From positions 520,704 to 584,703 of the forward strand of contig CAVRET010000002.1 of NCBI GenBank assembly GCA_963720265.1: DNA of 64,000 nt. Reading direction: 5' to 3'. This document shows, one piece after another, positions 9,651-16,794 of this stretch. The first letter of the stretch is position 1. Each line of letters starts with the position of its first letter. The stretch is from an uncultured bacterium. Lineage in GTDB: Bacteria; Patescibacteriota; Saccharimonadia; UBA4664. The notes beneath the pieces were generated by a model. That model was given only the letters and a program-made list of their open reading frames with translations. It was not told the origin of the DNA and searched no databases. A program made the position numbers and the translations under genes.

Positions 9651-10022
9651 GTGACAGCTCTCAGCCCCGAATTCATCCAATATGCCAACAAGCTTGTAAA
9701 CGACCATCCTGACGACATCGTGGCCGTGTACAATCTCGATTCAACCTGCGCCTGGGCCTCACCCACGCATGAGACCATCCTTGGCTATTCGCAAACCGAA
9801 ATGATTGGCCTGCCTTGGACTCGCTTTGTAGCGCCCCGCGACCGTGCCCATGCCAGTCTGGCCGGCGCCGACGCCATGCTCACCGGCCGTTCGGTCGAAT
9901 TTGGTTTCAGCGCCGTCACCAAATCCGGCGATCATATTCCGGTGCGGGGCCACGCCTGGATCCGTACCGACGAGCCCACTCACAAACGTTACTTGATCTT
10001 CCAGGCCAGCCCCCGACCCTAG
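9651..10022 (+). CDS. stand-alone PAS-domain protein
   Basis: 123 aa with a PAS-fold-like layout (DDIVAVYNLDSTCAWASPTHETILGYSQTEMIGLPWTRFVAPRD...). Lies between two tRNAs. Confidence 0.5.
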   Translation: MTALSPEFIQYANKLVNDHPDDIVAVYNLDSTCAWASPTHETILGYSQTEMIGLPWTRFVAPRDRAHASLAGADAMLTGRSVEFGFSAVTKSGDHIPVRGHAWIRTDEPTHKRYLIFQASPRP

Positions 10023-10067
10023 CCAAGATCGTTCATTTGCTCTATGCTGTACAAGTTTCCGTATCAC

Positions 10068-10144
10068 GGGCCATTAGCTCAGTTGGTTAGAGCAGCTGCC
10101 TCTTAAGCAGCGTGTCCTGGGTTCGAGTCCCAGATGGCCCTCCA
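10068..10144 (+). tRNA. tRNA-Lys (anticodon CTT)
   Basis: Acceptor GGGCCAT/ATGGCCC, anticodon loop CTCTTAA, T-loop TTCGAGT, encoded CCA. Its 3' end GATGGCCCTCCA is reiterated in every array repeat. Confidence 0.85.
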
Positions 10145-10190
10145 TAGCACTTATGCTTAAACGACCGAAAGGTCGTTTTTGATATGATTA
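10133..10190 (+). repeat. array repeat R0 (native tRNA-Lys 3' end plus 3' flank: conserved box, hairpin/T-run, TGaTATGAT)
   Basis: GATGGCCCTCCA-TAGCACTTATGCTTAAA-ACGACCGAAAGGTCGTTTTT-GATATGATTA. Confidence 0.8.
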
Positions 10191-10194
10191 ACCC

Positions 10195-10716
10195 ATGCCA
10201 CTCATATACGTTACTGGCATTGCTGGTTCAGGAAAGTCTGCGGCCCAAAAAGAACTCCAGAGACGAGGGTATGAGGCCCATGATGTCGACGAGCCGGGAA
10301 TTGGCGCAGCCTATAATCTACAAACTGGTGAGATTGTTAGTATCCCTGACGCAGCAGAGCGGTCGCCGGAATGGTTTGAGGCACACACCTGGAAGATGGA
10401 CCTTGAGGCTGTTAAGGAACTCAAAGCTCGGTCGCTTCATGGCGTTATATATTTATGTGGGCGAGCGGGCAATGAAAGCGAAGCCTGGCGATTATTTGAC
10501 AAGGTTGTCTACCTCGATATAAATGACGACACACTGCGTTGGCGTCTTGCCGTGAGGGAGGACAATGACTTTGGCAAGACAGAACATGAACTCCAGCAGA
10601 TTCTTAAAAGAAATAAGCGAGCCCGCGAGGAGTTTGAGCCACTTGGCGCTGTATTTATTGATGCTTCAGAGTCACTAGATAAAGTTGTTGGTGAGATTGT
10701 GAAACAATCACAGTAG
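10195..10716 (+). CDS. P-loop NTPase / small-molecule or nucleotide kinase-like protein (cassette 1)
   Basis: Walker A GIAGSGKSAAQ at the N-terminus, 173 aa. Stop TAG 10714-10716 lies inside repeat R1 (caGTAGcaa). Confidence 0.6.
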   Translation: MPLIYVTGIAGSGKSAAQKELQRRGYEAHDVDEPGIGAAYNLQTGEIVSIPDAAERSPEWFEAHTWKMDLEAVKELKARSLHGVIYLCGRAGNESEAWRLFDKVVYLDINDDTLRWRLAVREDNDFGKTEHELQQILKRNKRAREEFEPLGAVFIDASESLDKVVGEIVKQSQ

Positions 10717-10780
10717 CAACGGTCGTCACTACGGCCATCCATAGCACTTATGCTTAAAAAGAAACCGCAAGGTTTCTTTT
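10711..10780 (+). repeat. array repeat R1
   Basis: CAGTAGCAACGGTCGTCACTACGGCCATCCATAGCACTTATGCTTAAA + hairpin GAAACCGCAAGGTTTC + TTTT. Confidence 0.8.
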
Positions 10781-10990
10781 GTGTTAGCTAGAATAGTTCA
10801 AATGAGCAAGTTACTCTCAGGTCAAACACTCGCGACGATTACTGTCATTTCAGTGCTCCTTGTTCTCTGTGCATTTACTTGGCCCGCAATCAATAAAGCC
10901 AGGGCCACTTCCCATCTCAAACGGGTATTCAGCCAAGAGGCTAGCCCGCTAATCCCGGAAGTAACCGCCCTATGGAGGGGTGCATTCTAG
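10781..10990 (+). CDS. small membrane protein, possibly the N-terminal fragment of a frameshifted cassette gene (cassette 2)
   Basis: TM helix ATITVISVLLVLCAF. Its frame matches the TAG embedded in repeat R2, but the frame closes at 10990. Confidence 0.3.
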   Translation: MLARIVQMSKLLSGQTLATITVISVLLVLCAFTWPAINKARATSHLKRVFSQEASPLIPEVTALWRGAF

Positions 10991-11440
10991 CAATAGATTG
11001 GAATGTGACGAGGTAGCGCACACCCGTACCAAATCACAACTCTACTGCAAGGATACGCAGGCGTTCAAATACAACCCGGTACCCCTTCCCGATTCATCAC
11101 GGTCTGAAATAGTTACTGAAGCTACACGCCTCGACAAGGCACTCGTTCAAAACGGTTGGGCAGTGGATAGGGCCCAAGATACAACCAAGACCATCGCGGC
11201 CAGTATACCGACGGCTCCTGTTGCAGCCTTTCACGGGGGTGGTGTGCCATTCCACAAAAACATTGGGGATATAAGCTGCAATCTTGAGGTTAGGTTCAGC
11301 GGACCTACGGACGGAGTCTCACCCGGTGTGATAACCATAAATCGATCTCGTGCCAACAAAATATTGCGTATTTTATGCTTCATGCATCGAACTATACAAA
11401 TCACGGATTTGGTGGTCAAAGCCTCGTACTTTAGTTGCTA
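10980..11440 (+). pseudogene. hypothetical ORF continuing cassette 2 in another frame (possible frameshifted gene)
   Basis: ~150-codon open frame with no stop before R2. It reads straight through the repeat into the next gene, which produces the artifactual 381-aa track ORF. Confidence 0.25.
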
Positions 11441-11508
11441 CAGCCTGTACGATGGCCCTCCAAAGAGCTTATGCTTAAAAACGACCACCAGTTCGTTTTG
11501 TTATCATG
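11431..11508 (+). repeat. array repeat R2
   Basis: TTAGTTGCTACAGCCTGTACGATGGCCCTCCAAAGAGCTTATGCTTAAAA + hairpin ACGACCACCAGTTCGTTTT + GTTATCATGG. Confidence 0.8.
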
Positions 11509-11513
11509 GGAGC

Positions 11514-12125
11514 ATGAAGCCATATATACTTGGTTTGTGCGGCGGATCGGGTTCAGGAAAATCTACACTAGCATTTGGGTTGGCCGATATGCATCCAGGT
11601 GAAGTTACAGTATTCCACTTAGATGATTACTTCCGGCCCAGAGAAGAAGTTCTCACACTACATGGTTTCGTCAATTATGATGACCCCAGAGCCCTAAACA
11701 GTGACAAGATGATAGCTGACTTAGCCACGCTTATTAGCGGCAAGCCGGTTACTATTAACACAAAAAGCCCTAGACTGAATCCCGATTATGTCAAAACCAG
11801 GCAGCGGGTACCGGTCCGATTTGAGCCAAATAAGTTAATTGTGGTTGAAGGCTTCTTGACCTTGTATTTTGAGGAACTCAGAAAGCACTTTGATTATTCG
11901 ATTTACTTGGATGCCCCTTTTGATGACAGCACAGGCAGGCGCGCAGGCGAAAAGATAAACAATTACTCCCCTGAATATTTCAAGCTCGTGCTAAAGCCAA
12001 TGAGCGAAAGATACGTATATCCAAATAAAAAATATGCTAGTCGCGTTGTGAATATTGAAGGCAAATCAAAGCAATACGTTCTGAATGAAGTTGAAGAAAT
12101 CTTAAACAGCCAGAGTGTCTTTTAA
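11514..12125 (+). CDS. uridine kinase / phosphoribulokinase-family P-loop kinase (cassette 3)
   Basis: LGLCGGSGSGKSTLA P-loop, DDYF, and a IVVEGFLTLYF...YLDAP layout typical of Udk/PRK. ATG 11514 lies just after R2. Confidence 0.7.
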   Translation: MKPYILGLCGGSGSGKSTLAFGLADMHPGEVTVFHLDDYFRPREEVLTLHGFVNYDDPRALNSDKMIADLATLISGKPVTINTKSPRLNPDYVKTRQRVPVRFEPNKLIVVEGFLTLYFEELRKHFDYSIYLDAPFDDSTGRRAGEKINNYSPEYFKLVLKPMSERYVYPNKKYASRVVNIEGKSKQYVLNEVEEILNSQSVF

Positions 12126-12147
12126 CTCCTGAACTTCGGTTCTAACA

Positions 12148-12215
12148 GAATGAACGATGGCCCTCCATAGCACTTATAATTAAATAACAGCTCTACAGAG
12201 CTGTTATTTAATTAT
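12148..12215 (+). repeat. array repeat R3 (variant downstream half)
   Basis: ACGATGGCCCTCCATAGCACTTATAATTAAATAACAGCTCTACAGAGCTGTTATTTAATTATTGG. The hairpin is AAATAACAGCTCT/AGAGCTGTTATTT. Confidence 0.7.
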
Positions 12216-12238
12216 TGGAACTCTGATAAAATACTTGC

Positions 12239-13015
12239 ATGTATATTTCGGTCGACATCGGCGGCACCAACATTCGCATCGCTGCAACCTCGAGCTTAGA
12301 AATCCCTCGATTCGAGCCTGCACCGATCCGAGCAAAAAGTACGCGCAATTACGAGCGTGACCTCAGTTTCATCATCGACGGCGCCCGCAGACTGGCCGGC
12401 AGCAAGCCGATCAGAGCAGTCGGCATCGGCATGCCCGGCAGTTTTAACGATCAAAAAACCGAGCTCGTTTCAACCAGATATACCAAGCACTGGGTTGGCC
12501 ATCCGTTTGTGGCCACGCTAAGTAATGAGCTAAACTGCCCAGTCTTTATCGAAAATGATGGCGTCGCTGCCGGCCTTGGCGAAGCCTACTACGGCAACCA
12601 CCCGAAGCAATTTTGCTATGTAGTTTGGGGCACCGGCATCGGCGGCGCGTCAATAGTGACGAATGCGGACAAAACCCAAGTTGAGGTCGCAAAGTTCGAC
12701 CACAAAACGCACTTCAAAGCCTGGGAAGACGACTGCGGCGGTCACGAACTGGAGGAGCATTATCACAAAACGCCGGCTGACCTCAGTGCCGAACAATGGC
12801 AAAAGGTGATGGGGAAGTTCGAGACTCATCTCCACATGTTCATTGAGCTTACCGGCACGAGAGCAGTGGTCTTTGGCGGCGGCATCGCCATTAGGAAGCG
12901 GCAAGAGCTTGAGGCCATGGCAACAGCTCAAACAAGTGTAACCGCCTCAAATTTTAACGAGGACAGTGGGGTATATGGCGGCCTCGGTGTAATTCGGGCT
13001 AACGTTCACTTATGA
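12239..13015 (+). CDS. ROK-family sugar kinase / transcriptional-regulator-like (BadF/BadG/BcrA/BcrD ATPase fold) (cassette 4a)
   Basis: N-terminal MYISVDIGGTNIRIA phosphate-1 motif, GIGMPG, and GTGIGG motifs of ROK/glucokinase. Confidence 0.65.
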   Translation: MYISVDIGGTNIRIAATSSLEIPRFEPAPIRAKSTRNYERDLSFIIDGARRLAGSKPIRAVGIGMPGSFNDQKTELVSTRYTKHWVGHPFVATLSNELNCPVFIENDGVAAGLGEAYYGNHPKQFCYVVWGTGIGGASIVTNADKTQVEVAKFDHKTHFKAWEDDCGGHELEEHYHKTPADLSAEQWQKVMGKFETHLHMFIELTGTRAVVFGGGIAIRKRQELEAMATAQTSVTASNFNEDSGVYGGLGVIRANVHL

Positions 13016-13620
13016 TAAACACAATGACAAAATATGTACTCAACTCAGGTGGCATCAAACACCAGCCCGAACTTAAGAAGAAGTTTCACCAGGAGCTCAT
13101 TAAAGGCTTGAGCTCCAATCCAAAATTCGTACTCTGCAATTTCGCCCAAGGCCGCGAGTATTGGGAAGTGAAATTCCAGGGCTACTCTGACACGATCACG
13201 GAAGATATGCCGGCCAACATAAAGCCCACATATGAATTAGCGCTACCAACTACGTTTACTGAGCAATGCAAAAATACTGATGTCATCTACTTCCACGGCG
13301 GTGATGACCACTTACTGCAGTTTTGGCTGAAGCAATTTGACCTAACCGAGCTATTTAAAAACAAAGTTGTCGCCACTAACTCGGCGAGCTCCGACATGCT
13401 TGCCACCCACCATTGGACATGCGATTGGCGCGCTTGCGCCGACGGACTCGCCGTACTGCCGATCAAATTCATTCCCCATTATTTATCCAATTTTGGCGAT
13501 AGCGATCCGCGCGGCCCAATAGATTGGCAAAAGGCTTATGACGAGCTAGCAGCGTACGGCGATACGTCGTTACCGATTTACGCCCTCAAAGAAGGTGAGT
13601 TTATCGTCAAGGAGCAGTAA
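13012..13620 (+). CDS. peptidase S51 (PepE)-like / class-I glutamine amidotransferase-like protein (cassette 4b)
   Basis: VIYFHGGDDHLLQFW...VVATNSASSDMLA resembles the PepE IYxxGGN...GxSAG block. ATGA overlap with the ROK gene. Confidence 0.4.
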   Translation: MINTMTKYVLNSGGIKHQPELKKKFHQELIKGLSSNPKFVLCNFAQGREYWEVKFQGYSDTITEDMPANIKPTYELALPTTFTEQCKNTDVIYFHGGDDHLLQFWLKQFDLTELFKNKVVATNSASSDMLATHHWTCDWRACADGLAVLPIKFIPHYLSNFGDSDPRGPIDWQKAYDELAAYGDTSLPIYALKEGEFIVKEQ

Positions 13621-13676
13621 TGCCTATACTTCAGCCCCGATCCGCGCAATATGTAGGTCCTGAGATCGCCTTACCT

Positions 13677-13750
13677 CAGTAGCAATAGCTTCTACGATGG
13701 CCCTCCATAGCACTTATGCTTAAAACGACTAACAAAGTCGTTTTTGTTAC
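13677..13750 (+). repeat. array repeat R4 (consensus form)
   Basis: CAGTAGCAATAGCTTCTACGATGGCCCTCCATAGCACTTATGCTTAAAACGACTAACAAAGTCGTTTTTGTTAC. Confidence 0.85.
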
Positions 13751-13783
13751 AGTAATACTTAGAACAGTATTTTATATATAACT

Positions 13784-14233
13784 TTGAGGCATATTATGGC
13801 CCACGCCGAAAGCAGCGCAGACATCAATCGAACACCCCGGGCAGTGTATGATTTTCTGGTCGATGGGCTCAATAATTCAAAATGGCGCAGTGCAGTTGTT
13901 GAAATTAGCCTAAAACACGGGTCTGTCGGTCAAGTTGGGACGGAGTATCGCCAAGTTCTCAAGGGCCCAGGCAGTCGCACCATTCATGGCGATTACCACC
14001 TGACTGCCGCCGAATCTCCATCCCGGATCGCGTTTGAAGTGACTGCGGGACCCGCCAGGCCCAGGGGCGAGTACCGGCTTGTGGCCTCTGGGGATGGTAC
14101 GAAAGTCACCTTTATTCTCGACCTTAAAACCTCTGGCTTGATGAAACTTATGGAACCAATGATTCGCCAAACCATGCAGTCAGAAGTATCAAACTTAGCT
14201 CAACTCAAGGCCATCTTAGAGCTTAGTAAATAG
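13784..14233 (+). CDS. SRPBCC (START/Bet v1/polyketide-cyclase-like) family protein (cassette 5)
   Basis: ~145 aa. A RTPRAVYDFLVDGLNNSKWRSAV N-terminus is typical of the SRPBCC ligand-binding fold. Alternative start at 13796. Confidence 0.55.
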   Translation: MRHIMAHAESSADINRTPRAVYDFLVDGLNNSKWRSAVVEISLKHGSVGQVGTEYRQVLKGPGSRTIHGDYHLTAAESPSRIAFEVTAGPARPRGEYRLVASGDGTKVTFILDLKTSGLMKLMEPMIRQTMQSEVSNLAQLKAILELSK

Positions 14234-14306
14234 CTACTGGTGGTAAAAAAGCAGTATATAAACTTTACAATGCCATGACATGAACCGTCTGCAACTGTCG
14301 TATTAT

Positions 14307-14380
14307 GGTTGCAATAGCTTCCACGATGGCCCTCCATAGCACTGATGCTTAAACGACCGACAGGTCATTTTTGTTATGAT
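14307..14380 (+). repeat. array repeat R5
   Basis: GGTTGCAATAGCTTCCACGATGGCCCTCCATAGCACTGATGCTTAAACGACCGACAGGTCATTTTTGTTATGATTGCC. Confidence 0.8.
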
Positions 14381-14386
14381 TGCCAC

Positions 14387-14794
14387 ATGCACAAAGAAGA
14401 ATTCGTCGAAGCCGTTAAAAAACTTGGCCTCAAGCCGAATGATTATATTGTTGTTGGCTCCGGTGTGTTGGTGGCTCTGGGTATCCGTACGGCCACTGAC
14501 GTTGACCTCATAGTCAGTGAGCCGATTTTTCATCAATTTGAAGAAACAGGTGAGTGGCAGCGCAAAGATTTCGATGATGGGACGCATTATCTGCTTAAAG
14601 GTAAGTATGAAATTGGCCTCGACTGGGATGGCGAGAATACTACGCCGAACCTTAAAGATTTGAAGAAGTCGGAGGTTGTAATTGATAATATTCCGTTTGT
14701 TAGTCTCGAACGCCTCCGCCACTGGAAGGCTTGGAAGAATACGCCAAAGCACCTCGCAGACATTCGTTTGATAGACGACTACCTAAGCAGGTAA
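14387..14794 (+). CDS. minimal nucleotidyltransferase (Pol-beta superfamily) domain protein (cassette 6)
   Basis: Carries the two halves of the nucleotidyltransferase signature: hG[GS] (VVGSGVLVALGIR) and DxD (TATDVDLIV). 135 aa. Confidence 0.5.
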   Translation: MHKEEFVEAVKKLGLKPNDYIVVGSGVLVALGIRTATDVDLIVSEPIFHQFEETGEWQRKDFDDGTHYLLKGKYEIGLDWDGENTTPNLKDLKKSEVVIDNIPFVSLERLRHWKAWKNTPKHLADIRLIDDYLSR

Positions 14795-14828
14795 AGCTAG
14801 CTCAACAATCAAAGGCCTTTGAGCCAAG

Positions 14829-14910
14829 ACAGTAGTTGCTACAGCCTGTACGATGGCCCTCCAGCAATAATCATTAAATAACGGCTTCACAGAGCCGTTA
14901 TTTCGTTATT
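14829..14910 (+). repeat. array repeat R6 (variant downstream half)
   Basis: CAGTAGTTGCTACAGCCTGTACGATGGCCCTCCAGCAATAATCATTAAATAACGGCTTCACAGAGCCGTTATTTCGTTATTCG. Confidence 0.75.
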
Positions 14911-15199
14911 CGTTCTTAGCCCTAACGACATGTTAGAGCTAGCTAGGTTAATGGTTATTTGAAATTACATAAGATATATGTTATAAGTGTATGTAGGCTC
15001 AACTATCCAGAGGAGTGCATGGTGCCTATTCACTCGATTGTCTTGGCTGTGAATAATCCACCCCGAGACGAGGTGGAGAGTGTCGTCAAAATGATGGCGG
15101 GCGGTGGATGGAGATCTGTGTGGTGCGCAGACCGCGCATCACTTGACCAGTTGCTGCCTCCTCCGGAGCGCCGCATTGGCTATGTGGTCGTGGGACTGT

Positions 15200-15800
15200 C
15201 TGGCTCACTCAGTGAACCACCTCGGGCTAAAGCCCGAGGCTTCCTTGGGGCGGCATGCTGGGTTTAGCTTTCCATTGATTTTCGATATACCGTTTAATCG
15301 CCTGCTCCGTGTTACGACCAACACTCTCGGCGAAGTAGCCATCCGCCCAGAAGCTATCTCCCCATAACCATTCTTCCAGTTCAGGATGCGTCTGGCGGAT
15401 AGCCCGACTTGATCCGCCCTTGAAGATTTGTACTACCTGTGACACCGAGATGCTGGGAGGTAGTTCAATAAGCATATGAATGTGGTCGGGCATCACTGCC
15501 AGCCGCTCAATCCACCAGTCGTTCATCTCTGCGCACTGAAAGAATAATCGCTTCAGGTCAGTGGCGACTTCGCCCCGCAGGATGCTTTTGCGGTACTTGG
15601 GTATCCAGACGATATGAAATTGCAGGCGATATAGCGTATGCGCACCGGAATAATATTTTTTACCTGACTTCACATACCCAGCATGCCAGACTGTCGGCGC
15701 CAGCGCCAAGGTTGACCGCCATCCGACTTAGCCTTGGTGCTACCGCCTTAAGCGGACCCATTCATCCCTGGCCTAAAGGCCCAGGGGTCTCTGGGAGGTT
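15200..15800 (-). mobile_element. IS200/IS605-family insertion sequence (tnpA only)
   Basis: Y1 HUH transposase gene flanked by two subterminal hairpins with identical loops: CCTCGGGCTAAAGCCCGAGG (15219-15239) and CCCTGGCCTAAAGGCCCAGGG (15766-15786). Boundaries are approximate. Confidence 0.7.
15227..15709 (-). CDS. tnpA: IS200/IS605 family transposase TnpA (Y1 HUH)
   Basis: HIVWIPKYRK and the HUH motif PDHIHMLIE, with the catalytic Tyr region YIENQWK. ~150 aa. Confidence 0.85.
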   Translation of the reverse strand: MALAPTVWHAGYVKSGKKYYSGAHTLYRLQFHIVWIPKYRKSILRGEVATDLKRLFFQCAEMNDWWIERLAVMPDHIHMLIELPPSISVSQVVQIFKGGSSRAIRQTHPELEEWLWGDSFWADGYFAESVGRNTEQAIKRYIENQWKAKPSMPPQGSLGL

Positions 15801-16043
15801 ACTAGAGAGGACATCGCCCCTCATATTCCAAGCGACCTACGTGACGTTGCCGCGTTTGGCCCTGGAGCGAGAAGTTTCGGAATGGTCGTCTAGCTACGAT
15901 TTTTCCGCAGATGAGAGCACTATGGTCAAAGTAATGGCTAACGACCTCGATGCCCTCTCCCGCGAGGCTCTACTCAGCCGACTCCTGAGCCCCCGAATTC
16001 ACAAATGCGCAGACCGATCGGGGTCTGCGCTCTTTCTTTCACT

Positions 16044-16130
16044 GCAGTAGCAATAGCTTCTACGATGGCCCTCCAGAGCTCTTATGCTTAAAATGACTTC
16101 CGCAAGGGAGTCATTTTGGTATCATTATCA
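16044..16130 (+). repeat. array repeat R7
   Basis: TGCAGTAGCAATAGCTTCTACGATGGCCCTCCAGAGCTCTTATGCTTAAAATGACTTCCGCAAGGGAGTCATTTTGGTATCATTATC. Confidence 0.85.
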
Positions 16131-16132
16131 AG

Positions 16133-16675
16133 ATGAATGAATTCCAAACCACCCAGCTAAATGAAATTCTGGCCCGCGACCGAGAATTGGCAAAAAAGTT
16201 CGCTGAACTTAAGGAAGTTTTTGCTCAAAAATTTGGTGAAGATAGCGACATGTACGAAAGGGCGACCGCCATCTTCCTAGCTAACGCCCTCAACGGTGCT
16301 GCAGACTATGGAATTCCGCCCCTATATTCTGTGTATTGGAAACCATATCAAACCCAGAACCTCTTGCATCACATCACTACCAAGAAAAACGTCGACTCCA
16401 TTCGCAGGCATGGTCTGGAACCACGTGACCCTTCTCCTCGTCCATGGGCCGGCATGAAGGCGGTCTATATGGCCGAACCAAATGACCCGCTTTACGATAA
16501 ATCCGAACAAGCGGTCTTGGGTCATGTGCGTAAAAAAGGCGAAAACCCTGTGTTACTACAAATCAAAACCAATAACAAACTCTACAAGTCAATTGAACCA
16601 GGCCGAACCTTCCAAGTGATTTCGGTTGACCACATCGGACCTGAGGAAATCGTTGACTACCAAGGTCCAGGCTAA
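16133..16675 (+). CDS. hypothetical protein (cassette 8)
   Basis: 180-aa ORF starting right after R7. No recognisable domain. Confidence 0.45.
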   Translation: MNEFQTTQLNEILARDRELAKKFAELKEVFAQKFGEDSDMYERATAIFLANALNGAADYGIPPLYSVYWKPYQTQNLLHHITTKKNVDSIRRHGLEPRDPSPRPWAGMKAVYMAEPNDPLYDKSEQAVLGHVRKKGENPVLLQIKTNNKLYKSIEPGRTFQVISVDHIGPEEIVDYQGPG

Positions 16676-16708
16676 TATCGTTACGTACGGCTCTTCAGCC
16701 TGACGCAG

Positions 16709-16792
16709 ACTAGTTGCGATAGCGTATACGATGGCCCTCCGTAGTACTTATGCTTTAAGACTCCATCGGGAGTCTTTTTGCTTTGCTATGAT
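16709..16792 (+). repeat. array repeat R8
   Basis: CTAGTTGCGATAGCGTATACGATGGCCCTCCGTAGTACTTATGCTTTAAGACTCCATCGGGAGTCTTTTTGCTTTGCTATGATG. Confidence 0.8.
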
Positions 16793-16794
16793 GA

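Larger units (their letters stand above)
14959..16050 (+). pseudogene. cassette-7 gene split by an IS200-like insertion (N-part 14959..~15215, C-part ~15800..16050)
   Basis: Track ORFs 14959..15267 and 15712..16050 are in the same frame on either side of the IS. The C-part stops at TAG 16048-16050, inside repeat R7. Confidence 0.45.

Noticed and set aside
10980-12125. 381-aa track ORF as one protein
   Set aside because: It reads through repeat R2 (11431-11508). The downstream uridine-kinase-like protein has its own ATG at 11514 directly after the repeat's promoter-like element. The N-terminal 150 codons are a separate, probably decayed, cassette ORF.
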